DNA from: Candidatus Thorarchaeota archaeon
GTDB lineage: Archaea; Asgardarchaeota; Thorarchaeia; Thorarchaeales; Thorarchaeaceae
Direction: 5' to 3'
Assembly: GCA_004524445.1 (NCBI GenBank)
Contig: SDNP01000025.1
Span: 1-46,959, forward strand
Length of the DNA: 46,959 bases
The notes below the pieces were generated by a model. It searched no databases. It saw only the letters and a program-made list of their open reading frames with translations, and was not told the DNA's origin. This document shows positions 29,187-39,178 of this stretch, piece by piece. Each line of letters opens with the position of its first letter. The first letter of the stretch is position 1. A program made the position numbers and the translations under genes.

Positions 29187-29998
29187 ATGGTCACCTCCAG
29201 GACTTTTTTCTTGATTTTCTCATCCAGTTGCGAGAGAATTTCTGGGTCTCTTTCTAAAATCTTGAGTGCCACCCATCTTGGAGGAAATCTTTCCAACAAT
29301 TCCTTTTCATTTTCCAGTAACAAAACAATCTGCTTTAGTTTTCTCTCTATTCCTCGTCTGTACTTGATTGCGGGTGGCTTCAGTTTTTCATATTCTCCAT
29401 GATGATGAAATCGAGGATGATAATGAAGATGGTTGTTTCCATTCAAGTCGCCGGGTAGATGTTCCTTCTTGGGCCCCTCTCCGGTTTCCAAATTCTTGTG
29501 GGAATTCTCTGGAATAGCTTGATAGATCGCCTCTTTGAGGTCCTCCATGCCTGCTTTGGTGGTGGCGGTTGTTTTGACTACAGGTGCATCGAGTCTTTTT
29601 GATAATTGCTCAGCGTCTATCCTATCTCCTTTGGTTTCAACAACATCATGCATATTCAGTGCAACAACAAGATTGACCTGCATTTCGATTAGAAGTAAAG
29701 TAAGATACAAATTCCTCTCAAGTTGTGCTGCATTTACTATGTCAACTACAACATCTGGACGATGGTCGATAAGATATCTCCTCGCAACACGTTCATCTTC
29801 GGTAACAGCACTCAGACTGTATACTCCTGGCAGATCCACTATCTCAAATTCGTAATCCTTGAATTTGTAATATCCCACCTTTTTTTCTACTGTTTTGCCA
29901 GGCCAATTTCCGGTGTGTTGTTTGGAACCGGTCAGGTTGTTGAATATGACTGACTTCCCAACGTTGGGGTTTCCAATTAGCGCCACTTCAATCTTCAT
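29183..29998 (-). CDS. feoB: FeoB N-terminal GTPase (NFeoB) as a separate ORF
   Basis: GNPNVGKS, GNWPGKTVE, DLPG, LNMHD; His-rich insert. Confidence 0.92.
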   Translation of the reverse strand: MKIEVALIGNPNVGKSVIFNNLTGSKQHTGNWPGKTVEKKVGYYKFKDYEFEIVDLPGVYSLSAVTEDERVARRYLIDHRPDVVVDIVNAAQLERNLYLTLLLIEMQVNLVVALNMHDVVETKGDRIDAEQLSKRLDAPVVKTTATTKAGMEDLKEAIYQAIPENSHKNLETGEGPKKEHLPGDLNGNNHLHYHPRFHHHGEYEKLKPPAIKYRRGIERKLKQIVLLLENEKELLERFPPRWVALKILERDPEILSQLDEKIKKKVLEVTI

Positions 29999-30007
29999 TT
30001 TTTCTGA

Positions 30008-30406
30008 TCAAATCTCCTTCACCAATAGTCTACGAGCGAGGCTTTGACCGAGAGCTATTCTCGTGCCACGGATCTCCAACAGGACTGGCCCTCTGTCGCT
30101 ACCTTGCACAACCTCAAACGAGCAGCCCTTTGTGAGGCCCAAATCAAGAAGACGTCGCATGACTTCCCTCTCCCTCCTATGCCAATTTGCATGGCTCCTG
30201 TGTCGTCTTCCCATGCGTCTTCCGTGTCCTTTAGGTTGGGCTCCTGCATGCAATGTTGAGTTGACTGGTGCAAAACCTGCAAGCACGCATTTACTTCCGG
30301 ATGAAACTGATGTCAGAGGAACAAGTTTGTCCTGTCCTTTATGGTTTCTCATTCCATTAGCCATGAATTCACCATCAAAACGTTGTAATTGGGAAGTTAG
30401 ACTCAT
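30008..30406 (-). CDS. feoA: Ferrous iron transport protein A with His/Arg-rich insertion
   Basis: RRLLDLGLTKG..GPVLLEIRGTRIALG; start may be ATG 30364. Confidence 0.85.
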   Translation of the reverse strand: MSLTSQLQRFDGEFMANGMRNHKGQDKLVPLTSVSSGSKCVLAGFAPVNSTLHAGAQPKGHGRRMGRRHRSHANWHRREREVMRRLLDLGLTKGCSFEVVQGSDRGPVLLEIRGTRIALGQSLARRLLVKEI

Positions 30407-30412
30407 CTAACT
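30395..30412. promoter_or_regulatory. Candidate DtxR/MntR-family operator of the feo operon
   Basis: Perfect inverted repeat AGTTAGA-ctca-TCTAACT, with a TTAG..CTAA core resembling DtxR-family boxes, at the 5' end of feoA. Confidence 0.6.
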
Positions 30413-30520
30413 CTTATTGAACAATTCTATTATGGTAATAAGGGTTAAGGATTGACGCATAAGACTGCTTGTGAATCCAAGAACAAAGACTCTGTTTGAG
30501 CCACACCGGAATTATTACAT

Positions 30521-31936
30521 ATGAATCCAGAACAAAAGTGGATGGCGAGATTCATGTCCTATTACAACACCCCCATAAAATACGGCGATAAGAAAGTCAG
30601 CGAATTTATCCCCAAGAGCGTAAAACATGTTGAGATACTACGAATTGGTGATGTTGAACCGTATTTCGAAAATTTTCATGATAAGCTGGAAGAAATTTTG
30701 GAGGCGCCTCTTGAGAGTGAACCTTTTGATGATGTTGTGAATGAGCTCTATGAGCCGGGAAGGACCATTATGATAATCATAGATGACAATACTCGCCCGA
30801 ATATTCACACTCGTGTTCTCTTGCCCTTTATCACGGATAGACTTCTTAGCTCGGGCGTCGCTAAGAAAGATATATCCATCATCATCGCCAGTGGTTCACA
30901 CAAGCAACCTACCCCTGAAGCAATTGAGCATAAAATTCTAGGTTCTGATCTCTATGAGAAATGGAAAGATAATATTTTGATACATGATTGTGACTCAGGA
31001 AACAAATATCTGGGAGATACTAGTCGTGGGTCACCAATTCACATAGATGAGCGTGTACTGAATGCTGCGCTTGTCATCCCACTGAGTGATTCGGAGTATC
31101 ACTATTTTGCTGGTCAGGCAGGAACAGTCAAGCTATTCTGTCCTGGGGTGGCAGGAAGGGAAACCATCAGAATCAATCACCCTCGTATGTTTGACCTTGA
31201 GAGAGGATTCGTCGAGGGATGCAGACTTGGTAATTGTGAAGGCAACCCCGTCATTGAGGACATGATAGAGGTTGCAGAGAAGGTGAAAGAGAACCTTCCA
31301 ATGTTCTGCATAGACTCGATTGTTCATCACGGAGAAATCGTCTATCTTCAAGCCGGTGACCTCATTGCCTGTCATAAAGCAGCTCGAGAGCCCCTAGAAG
31401 AACTTAGAGTCGTAAATGTTGATGAACCCGGTGATATTGTATTCGTTTCGGTAGGCGAATTGGGTCTGAATCTCTATCAAGCAGGTAAGGGAATTCATGC
31501 CGCTTGGAATGCTGTTCGTCACGACAAAAATGGCTGGATTGTTTTACTCGCACCCTGCCAAGAGGGAATTGGTAGTGATGCCTATGAGCGTGCCATGAAG
31601 GCTGCCCAGGATTTGGAAGTTATGGATGCCCTTCGATTTGTAATTAAGACATATGGGTCTGAGAAGACTTTCAAAATTGGAAACCAGAAACCTCCTGACC
31701 TGTTTCGAATTCTTCTAGATGTTGCTGAAGGGAACATCAAGGTTGTTACTGAGCTCGACCAAGATGAACTGAGAAACGTTTACCGAATGGAGGCATGTAA
31801 TCCCGAGTCTCCTGAGAATGCTGAAAACATTCTACGAGATATTATGCAGCGCTTTCTGGATGAGAATCCAGACCCGCGTGTCTATGTCCTTGATGACCCA
31901 GGTTTGTTGGTTAAAGTGGAGAACCAAATAAACTAA
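30521..31936 (+). CDS. larA: LarA-family nickel-pincer racemase/epimerase
   Basis: DDNTRP, GSH, HDCD, HYFAG..K..PG, INH, NLYQAGKG, APCQEGIG. Confidence 0.82.
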   Translation: MNPEQKWMARFMSYYNTPIKYGDKKVSEFIPKSVKHVEILRIGDVEPYFENFHDKLEEILEAPLESEPFDDVVNELYEPGRTIMIIIDDNTRPNIHTRVLLPFITDRLLSSGVAKKDISIIIASGSHKQPTPEAIEHKILGSDLYEKWKDNILIHDCDSGNKYLGDTSRGSPIHIDERVLNAALVIPLSDSEYHYFAGQAGTVKLFCPGVAGRETIRINHPRMFDLERGFVEGCRLGNCEGNPVIEDMIEVAEKVKENLPMFCIDSIVHHGEIVYLQAGDLIACHKAAREPLEELRVVNVDEPGDIVFVSVGELGLNLYQAGKGIHAAWNAVRHDKNGWIVLLAPCQEGIGSDAYERAMKAAQDLEVMDALRFVIKTYGSEKTFKIGNQKPPDLFRILLDVAEGNIKVVTELDQDELRNVYRMEACNPESPENAENILRDIMQRFLDENPDPRVYVLDDPGLLVKVENQIN

Positions 31937-31970
31937 GGTCATATGAGTAAAATATAGAATCGAATTGTGC

Positions 31971-31994
31971 GATAGGCGGGTTTTGCCGCCTATC
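31971..31994. terminator. GC-rich hairpin between convergent larA and cysS
   Basis: GATAGGCGG-gttttg-CCGCCTATC. Confidence 0.6.
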
Positions 31995-32005
31995 CTTCAA
32001 TCCTA

Positions 32006-33442
32006 CTAGGCTTCAATCTTCCATGTAGGGCCATCTTTTGTGTCAGTAATCGACACGCCCATCTCAGTCAGTCTGTTTCTGATCATATCCCCGGTTTCGT
32101 AGTCTTTCTCTTCTCGCGCCTTTTCTCTTATCTCAAGCAGGAGTTCGATAGATTTCTCTACGATACTCCGCAACTCTGATGAACCTGTCAGTTCTTTCCT
32201 TGAGATATCAATGCCAAGGATTTCTAGCCTAGTTGACAGTACAGCGAGCGCTTCTCGAAGTACTGCGGCCTTACCAGTTTCTTCAAGATTTGCATTCAAT
32301 GTTCTTATGAAGGAGAAGACCGCTGCGATTGCGCCTGGCGTATTGAAATCGTCATCCATCTCCTTCTCGAATTCGGTCTTCAGGAGCTCAATTGCTTCTG
32401 CTATGTTATCATCTGCTTCAGTTGGTTGCACCTTCTTCTTGGTAAGGATACTAATCCTTCCCCTTATAGCGTCGACAGCATTGCGAATTCTCTCAACAGA
32501 TTGTGTTGCTTGTTTGAGTGCTTGATTATTGTAATCCAGAGGTTGTCGATAATGCCCTGAAACAAGGAAGAATCTCACACCTTGATTGTCGTAATTATCC
32601 AATACTTCCCGGGCAGTGAAGAAGTTGCCTTCAGATTTTGACATTTTATCCTCATTGATAGTTAGAAATCCATTGTGAAGCCAGTACTTGACAGGTGTTT
32701 CCACTCCATAGGCTGCCGCTGATTGTGCAATCTCATTCTCATGATGAGGGAAAATTAGGTCCTGACCTCCACCGTGGATATCGAAGGGAACACCCAAGTA
32801 GTAGGATCCCATAACTGAGCACTCCGCATGCCAACCGGGTCGACCCTTGCCCCAAGGACTATCCCAAGAGGGCTCACCAGGCTTCTTTTCTTTCCAAAGA
32901 ACAAAATCGCGCGGGTCCTCTTTCTTCTCACCCGTTTCAACACGTGCCCCTGCTGCCAGTTCATCTGGGTCAATCTTCGATAAGACTCCGTAGTTCTCCC
33001 ATTCACTGATATCGAAATAGACATCACCATTCGCGGCATATCCGACTCCTCTATCCATGATGGATTGTACCATATCGATGATGTCATCCATGTGCTCTGT
33101 TGCACGTGGATTTACACTCGCAGGTTTTAGATTCAATTCATCCGCAATCTGTAGGTATTCTGCAATGAATTTCTCAGCGAGTTCTTGAACCTCGATACCT
33201 TGCTCATTGGCCCGGGTAATCATTTTGTCGTCGATATCAGTAAAGTTCGTGACATAGAAGACATGGAACCCTCTGAATTCGAGATAGCGCCGGATGGTGT
33301 CAAAAGCGGCAAACGACCGTGCGTTTCCAATGTGCGGGTAATCATAGACCGTTGGACCGCATACATACATTCTAACTTCGTTTTCATTGAGAGGTTGAAA
33401 TTCTTCTTTTGAGCGCGATAGAGTGTTGTATACCTTGAGCAT
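32006..33442 (-). CDS. cysS: Cysteine--tRNA ligase (class I)
   Basis: YVCGPTVY..HIGN, GRPGWHxEC, HGGGQDLIFPHHENE, KMSKS; likely ATG 33442. Confidence 0.97.
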   Translation of the reverse strand: MLKVYNTLSRSKEEFQPLNENEVRMYVCGPTVYDYPHIGNARSFAAFDTIRRYLEFRGFHVFYVTNFTDIDDKMITRANEQGIEVQELAEKFIAEYLQIADELNLKPASVNPRATEHMDDIIDMVQSIMDRGVGYAANGDVYFDISEWENYGVLSKIDPDELAAGARVETGEKKEDPRDFVLWKEKKPGEPSWDSPWGKGRPGWHAECSVMGSYYLGVPFDIHGGGQDLIFPHHENEIAQSAAAYGVETPVKYWLHNGFLTINEDKMSKSEGNFFTAREVLDNYDNQGVRFFLVSGHYRQPLDYNNQALKQATQSVERIRNAVDAIRGRISILTKKKVQPTEADDNIAEAIELLKTEFEKEMDDDFNTPGAIAAVFSFIRTLNANLEETGKAAVLREALAVLSTRLEILGIDISRKELTGSSELRSIVEKSIELLLEIREKAREEKDYETGDMIRNRLTEMGVSITDTKDGPTWKIEA

Positions 33443-33585
33443 TTCCCACACCGTTTCTCCTTTCATATCTTCAATTATAAAAAGACGTCTGCAATTGTTG
33501 CCTGTTTCTGTTGCATAAATCTTAGTACCAACCTAACGAAACGTCTAAAGACAAAGGTATTATTCTGTCTATATGTGCTTGGATT

Positions 33586-34338
33586 ATGGAAGAAGATATT
33601 CAAAATGCCATCGATACAGCAAGAGGCCTGCATGAAGATGGTCATGAGGAGGAGTCCGAATGGGTCCTCAGGGATGCGTTGTCAAAAAACCCCGATTCGC
33701 CAGAATTACTGACTGAGTTGGCTGCTGTATTAGTTAGAAACAATCGTGATACAGCGGCAGAGAAACTTCTCCGAGAAATAATCGATGATTATCCGGAGCA
33801 GGAACGAGCTATATCCTTGTTAGGTAGGCTACTTGACAGTCTGTTGAGAATTGATGAGGCAAAAACGCTTTATCGCTCGAAGCTAAAGGAGAATCCCAGA
33901 TTCCATGTGGTGACAGATGATCTCTGTAGGATTCTCTTGAGTGAAGACCGAGAAAAGAAGGCATTAGAACGTGCATGGGATCATGCAGAGAGATTCTCTG
34001 ATGAACCTGGTGCATACGATGCAGTCAGATATGTGCTCATGACAAAACAAGAAGATCTCGAACTGAAACCGTATGAAACAGACTCTTCCATTTTGAAAGA
34101 ATTGGTTGATAATCTCATTCAACAATCCAAGATTGTATTGAAAATGGATGACAATATTCTCGAAGAATCGAAGAATGAAGACACATTGGGATTCGATATA
34201 ATAGACGAAATGAACCGAATTGAGTGTGACTTAGAACACGTTCTGGATACAGCCGATGAGAATAACATGAAGATATCGAAGCAAACAAGTAAACGAGCCA
34301 AGCAGTTGCTGGCAGATTTACACAGCCGACAGCATTGA
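33586..34338 (+). CDS. TPR-like helical repeat protein
   Basis: Repeated helix-turn-helix patterns (ALSKNPDS, YPEQERA, LKENPRF). Confidence 0.65.
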   Translation: MEEDIQNAIDTARGLHEDGHEEESEWVLRDALSKNPDSPELLTELAAVLVRNNRDTAAEKLLREIIDDYPEQERAISLLGRLLDSLLRIDEAKTLYRSKLKENPRFHVVTDDLCRILLSEDREKKALERAWDHAERFSDEPGAYDAVRYVLMTKQEDLELKPYETDSSILKELVDNLIQQSKIVLKMDDNILEESKNEDTLGFDIIDEMNRIECDLEHVLDTADENNMKISKQTSKRAKQLLADLHSRQH

Positions 34339-34355
34339 TTGTGCTCCCTTATGGG

Positions 34356-34643
34356 TCACTGCCATTTGAAGTATGGGACATTGAGCTCATTAGGCTTCTC
34401 TTCTTTGCTCAGGAAAATGACATTTTGTTCCATGACTTCAGCTAAGAAGATATGAATTGGGTGTTCCTTCAGAATTTCCAGCATCTTTGTTCTATCTTCT
34501 CCCTCTAGTCCCATCACCTTCAACATGCTTCTCCAATTGACAGGTCGGTCCAGATTCTTCTCCACAATAGCTAGAACTCTTTTCCGTGAACCAGGAGTCA
34601 TTTTTAGAATATTTGCGTCTCTTAGAACAGCCTTAATCCTCAT
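34356..34643 (-). CDS. Hypothetical protein
   Basis: 95-aa ORF with plausible composition filling an intergenic gap. Confidence 0.65.
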   Translation of the reverse strand: MRIKAVLRDANILKMTPGSRKRVLAIVEKNLDRPVNWRSMLKVMGLEGEDRTKMLEILKEHPIHIFLAEVMEQNVIFLSKEEKPNELNVPYFKWQ

Positions 34644-34778
34644 GGACGTTCACATCTGCGAATTACTGATAGGAGGAAATAAGCCTAACTCTTCATGATT
34701 CATTCCCACCCCTATTCATCTTGATGCAGATTCCTAGATTATCTCGAAAATGGGGCTCTAATGCAGTTTGCTGCGCGG

Positions 34779-35606
34779 TCACTCTGTTTTATTCCCGGAT
34801 ATTTTTTTCAGAATGAAGAAATCTCCTTTTCGAATTTTGTATGTGACCCAGAATATCATAGATAAGGCCAAGATGATAATTCCAAGAGCAGTAACCAGCA
34901 CGATTTCGAAATAGAATGTTGTGAGCGGGCTCAATAGGCTAGCTAGCACCCCAATCAATGCCCAAACACCCACAGAAGAGAATACAAAGTCGTTCCTAGT
35001 AAACAACACCAGCAAGTAAATTACGAGTGCAATGACAAGTACGATAATTGTCCATCCGACTTCTCCAATAGGTGCTGCTGAAAACCCAGATAATACTAGC
35101 GCTGAGGAAGTATTGACAATGGCTGCAACAGTAATCCAGCCGCAAAGCATGCTCCATCCCACTGTAACAAAGATGTGCTCTCGTAGCGACCTCTCCCGTA
35201 GGTTTATCCCCAACCTCAGATAAGCTCCGAGCGAAGTTAACAGGTAGGCAAACATCGCTGCAACACCCGGCCAGACATAGCCGCCCCCCCAGAGTATGTA
35301 CCAAGCCGCTGTTGATAACCATGAAAGCAAGAAGAATACATTCACATCATGAACGTAGGGCATACTAATCTTCTCTTCAAAAGGTTTGAAGATGTCTCTT
35401 GCCTGATAGAAATAGAACAATGCTTGGAAGAGGAAAATGGGACCCCAAATAGCAAATGTGAATCCAGCGGGGCTAAGAATCTTCGTTGCAGTATCCTGGA
35501 AAACATTCATTGCATCAACACCTGAGAATGATATTAGAAGGGTCGCAAAGATGGGAGTCAGTAAATTAGTAATCTGTAAGACCATTTTTTTCTTCTGTTT
35601 TTCCAT
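34779..35606 (-). CDS. Tryptophan-rich sensory (TspO-like) membrane protein
   Basis: PAGFTFAIWGPIF, GWITVA; 7-8 TMs. Confidence 0.7.
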   Translation of the reverse strand: MEKQKKKMVLQITNLLTPIFATLLISFSGVDAMNVFQDTATKILSPAGFTFAIWGPIFLFQALFYFYQARDIFKPFEEKISMPYVHDVNVFFLLSWLSTAAWYILWGGGYVWPGVAAMFAYLLTSLGAYLRLGINLRERSLREHIFVTVGWSMLCGWITVAAIVNTSSALVLSGFSAAPIGEVGWTIIVLVIALVIYLLVLFTRNDFVFSSVGVWALIGVLASLLSPLTTFYFEIVLVTALGIIILALSMIFWVTYKIRKGDFFILKKISGNKTE

Positions 35607-35738
35607 TTATCCACTATCCTAGATAACTTGCTATCCATCTCTGCCCCTATTTATGTGCATTCTCCATAAATATGCTGGCATGAATTCCTTGTTAACATTC
35701 TTAGCACAGTACTACAAACCCGCCCCAACGTTCAGTAA

Positions 35739-36584
35739 ATGTCAAAGTTTTTCAAGGTTAAAAGAAAAACCAACTCAAGAAAGTCGTTAGCTTCATCTAA
35801 TACAGGTGTTTCATCATTGCTCGCATCCAGACAGGCATATACTCAGACATTTAGGATACTGGGAGCAGCCTCGGAGAGTTTGACTCACGTGCTCATAATA
35901 TCCGGAGTTATTGCTTTCATGGTATTTATTGCTGGGATGGTAAGGGAACGAAAAAGAACAGACTCCCCTTCTGGTATATTCAAACGTAAACCGTTGCTTG
36001 TTCCAGCAATTGCTTTCATACTGACTGCATTACTTGTAATGAGTTTCTTTCCGATTCCGATGTCTGATTACTACGGAAGAAACGAAATACAGGAAAATAT
36101 CAATGGAATCGAAACCATAGATTTCACAGTGTATGACAGTATCTTCTATTCAAATACTCTTGATGTTACTGTAGCGGAGATATTAGACTTCAATGAGTCA
36201 TTACATGTCGAGCTGGAAGGCTACGCGAATGACACGCTCACCATTAATTCAACGTTCATCATTAATGGAACAGGTGGAGGACCAATCATAACACATCATG
36301 AATTCAGTATTCCTTTGCAGCCTGGATCATACGAGCTCATTACCAAAGTAAGCTGGTATGAAGATGGGGTTGAGATTGGTGGACCCACAAGTGTGAATGT
36401 TATCTTGTCGCAACCCATGGCTTCTGGAATGTTTAATGAGGTGCTTCAATGGCAAACATACCAGTTCCTATTGCTGGTACTTTCCATCTTCCTTCTAATT
36501 CTAGGTTTATATATCACAACTGAGAAGAAGACTCGTGCTAAGGAAGGTTATGAGCGTAGATGGGATCTCCTACCATATGGATGA
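35739..36584 (+). CDS. Hypothetical membrane protein with extracellular beta-rich domain
   Basis: Three TM segments flanking a domain with NxS/T sequons; true start may lie downstream. Confidence 0.65.
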   Translation: MSKFFKVKRKTNSRKSLASSNTGVSSLLASRQAYTQTFRILGAASESLTHVLIISGVIAFMVFIAGMVRERKRTDSPSGIFKRKPLLVPAIAFILTALLVMSFFPIPMSDYYGRNEIQENINGIETIDFTVYDSIFYSNTLDVTVAEILDFNESLHVELEGYANDTLTINSTFIINGTGGGPIITHHEFSIPLQPGSYELITKVSWYEDGVEIGGPTSVNVILSQPMASGMFNEVLQWQTYQFLLLVLSIFLLILGLYITTEKKTRAKEGYERRWDLLPYG

Positions 36585-36644
36585 AGCTCGATGATTTCCG
36601 CATGCTCAGGTGCCACTCTGGTCAGATTGGATTAATCATCGATA

Positions 36645-37148
36645 CTAATGAGATTCGATTCCGTAGTATGTCATCATATCGACATTAACCCCAGCAAGCT
36701 TGAGATACATCCATAGTTGCATTTTATGCATGGCTAAGTGTGAAATACATTCACTAAGATAATGTGCCCAACTCTCCATGCCTTCTTCCATATAGAATGG
36801 CTTAAGGTTCTCTTCCAGCATCTCATTATCGGATTTGCCTTGAAAGAACTCAATCATCTTCTCAAGACCCTCATCAAAAACGCCTAACATTTCCTTTATG
36901 CTATTGCGATTGAGATTACGCTCTCTCTTCTGAGCAGCATCACGACTATCCAATTCTCCCGAATAGATTGCGATATCCATGTGGGGGATCTGGACAGTGT
37001 GGTTTGCTAGCTGTTTCATATTCCGCATGCTTTCCTTTGGCGCAAAATTCAAGTCTTCACCCTCAGCTGTTGATAGCACTACACGCGTCTGATTTGCCTC
37101 TCGCTTTAGGCTCTCAAGCAGCACATCAGAAATCTTACCCATATTCAT
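36645..37148 (-). CDS. DinB-family protein
   Basis: LNFAP..MxQLxxH and HLAMHKMQLWMYLK metal-binding His pattern. Confidence 0.8.
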   Translation of the reverse strand: MNMGKISDVLLESLKREANQTRVVLSTAEGEDLNFAPKESMRNMKQLANHTVQIPHMDIAIYSGELDSRDAAQKRERNLNRNSIKEMLGVFDEGLEKMIEFFQGKSDNEMLEENLKPFYMEEGMESWAHYLSECISHLAMHKMQLWMYLKLAGVNVDMMTYYGIESH

Positions 37149-37478
37149 CAGCTCATGTACAAGTCATGTTGTTATCAAATTCCACGGAGTCCTTGGATAA
37201 AAAATCTTAGTTCTACTTAAAGCGAAATCCATTGGCTAATCCTACCATTTTCTCCCCGGACATCTGAATCTCCTGTCAGTATTCTTGACATGTATCTAGC
37301 AACAGAAATGGGAGGAATGTATTTTGAATGGATACTATTGAAATGACGGTATCAGTTTATACCTCATCAGAAACGGCGCCTTATTCAGTTAAATTAGACA
37401 TCCTTCTAGAATGATGGAAAGATTCTTGTTCTAGTAATCAAATACTTGATGTTTGGAGGAAATAGGAATTTGCAAGAT

Positions 37479-38495
37479 ATGAAGGTCTTGGGATATGCCG
37501 CAAGAGAAAAAGGGGAGCCACTAGAACCAATCGAATACGAACCGCCCAAAATTGGGAAGCATGATGTCAGAGTCAGGATTACTCATTGTGGTCTATGCCA
37601 GACGGATATCCATGGCATCGATGATTATTACGGAATAACCACATATCCCTTTGTCCCCGGCCATGAGATTGTAGGGTCCGTATCATCTGTGGGCAGTGCA
37701 GTGTCAGAACTAAAGGAAGGCGATCGTGTTGGTATCGGCTGGCAGGGTAGGTCTTGCATGAAATGTGAATGGTGCTCACAGGGGGAAGAACAACTATGTG
37801 AGGACATCGTTTCGTCTGGAACTTGGATGCCCTATGGAGGTTTCTCTTCTTCTATCAGTGTGGATAGTCGCTTTGCCTACCTGCTTCCTGAAGCAATGCC
37901 GTCCGAGGTTGCCGCGGTGCTCATGTGCGCTGGGGTCACAGTCTACTCCCCACTCAAATCGCTGGCAACACGAGACAAGCAGAAGATTGGTATCATTGGC
38001 GTGGGTGGGTTGGGCCATCTGGGATTACAATTCGCCCAGGCGCTTGGTTACGAAGTCACCGCAATTTCTTCCTCTCCAAAGAAGAAAAAGGAAGCACTTG
38101 CCTTTGGAGCAGACCACTTCATCATTTCCGACGACCATGACAGTTTACAGAACGCTATGCTCAGTTTTGACCTGCTGCTATGCACAGCCCACGGAAAGAT
38201 TGACTGGGAATTGCTGTTGGGAACTCTGAAAAAGAATGGAAAGTTCGTTCTTGTAGGCTTCCCAGATGTTAAATTCAATTCAACAGACCTCGTGGCACAC
38301 CAATTATCAATCACTGGTTCCTTCCTCGGTAGTCGGGCTACAATGCAGGAGATGCTCTCCTTCGCGCAGGAACATAAGATCAAGCCCAAGGTTGAATTGA
38401 TGCCAATGGCAAAAGTCAACGAAGCGATTCAAACGCTAAAGGATAACAAAGCCCGATACCGCATTGTCCTATTCAATGATATGGGGGAGCACTGA
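37479..38495 (+). CDS. Zn-dependent NAD(P) alcohol dehydrogenase (CAD/YahK-like)
   Basis: CGLCxTD, GHEIVG, CMKCEWC..C, CAGVTVY, GVGGLGH, RYRIVL; ATG 37479. Confidence 0.93.
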   Translation: MKVLGYAAREKGEPLEPIEYEPPKIGKHDVRVRITHCGLCQTDIHGIDDYYGITTYPFVPGHEIVGSVSSVGSAVSELKEGDRVGIGWQGRSCMKCEWCSQGEEQLCEDIVSSGTWMPYGGFSSSISVDSRFAYLLPEAMPSEVAAVLMCAGVTVYSPLKSLATRDKQKIGIIGVGGLGHLGLQFAQALGYEVTAISSSPKKKKEALAFGADHFIISDDHDSLQNAMLSFDLLLCTAHGKIDWELLLGTLKKNGKFVLVGFPDVKFNSTDLVAHQLSITGSFLGSRATMQEMLSFAQEHKIKPKVELMPMAKVNEAIQTLKDNKARYRIVLFNDMGEH

Positions 38496-38577
38496 AACAT
38501 CAAGAAGAGCTGAATCGAAAAGACAACAAAACCCATTTTTCACGTTATCCCACTCATTTCTGCAAGTATCAGCTTAG

Positions 38578-38732
38578 CTGGATTTTCTCAAAGAGCTTGT
38601 AGTGTCAAATGAATTGCTTATATTGTTGATAGAGTATATCCTTTTAACAAAATTGCAGAAGCTTATGCTGACAAGGGACATAAAGTGGGTAGTATTGTGA
38701 TATCATTGCACCCAGAGGAAGTGATTCAATGA
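38578..38732 (+). pseudogene. Frameshifted C-terminal remnant of an MDR/quinone-oxidoreductase-type dehydrogenase
   Basis: LDFLKELVVSNEL / frameshift / IVDRVYPFNKIAEAYADKGHKVGSIVISL..; TGA overlaps the ATG of the next gene (ATGA). Confidence 0.6.
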
Positions 38733-39178
38733 GTGATTCATCTAAGGATACATGCGCTGCAAGGGAGCTAATGAATGGCATGAAAGCAAGTTGTTCGCAA
38801 GCAATCTTCGCTACGTTTGGTCCCTACATGGGAGAAAAAGGAGTTGACATGGAAACCTGCATGAAGATCGCATCTGCCTTCGGTGGAGGAATAAACCTCA
38901 CGGGTAATGTCTGCGGGGCTTTGACAGGTGCTCTAATGGCAATTGGCCTAGAATTTGGTGATGGACGCCCAATGAACCCAAGGGTAGCTGAAGTCTCCAA
39001 TCGATTACTTGAAAAATTCAAGGCAATCAATGGGTCAATCCTATGTCGAGACCTGATTCAATATGACGGGGGCACAGATGATGTGGATATGATGAAAGCA
39101 TTCGAGAGCGGTCAATTCGACAAGTGCTTGCAATACGTTGAAGATGTATCCAAATTATTAACCGCCTATATTGAATGA
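38729..39178 (+). CDS. C_GCAxxG_C_C family putative redox protein
   Basis: SCSQA, FGGG, VCGALTG, LCRDL, KCL. Confidence 0.87.
   Translation: MSDSSKDTCAARELMNGMKASCSQAIFATFGPYMGEKGVDMETCMKIASAFGGGINLTGNVCGALTGALMAIGLEFGDGRPMNPRVAEVSNRLLEKFKAINGSILCRDLIQYDGGTDDVDMMKAFESGQFDKCLQYVEDVSKLLTAYIE

Noticed and set aside
29183-29215. Programmed -1 frameshift fusing the two FeoB halves at AAG AAA AAA G
   Set aside because: The A-run is not in X XXY YYZ register, and a perfect SD with start/stop overlap explains the junction better
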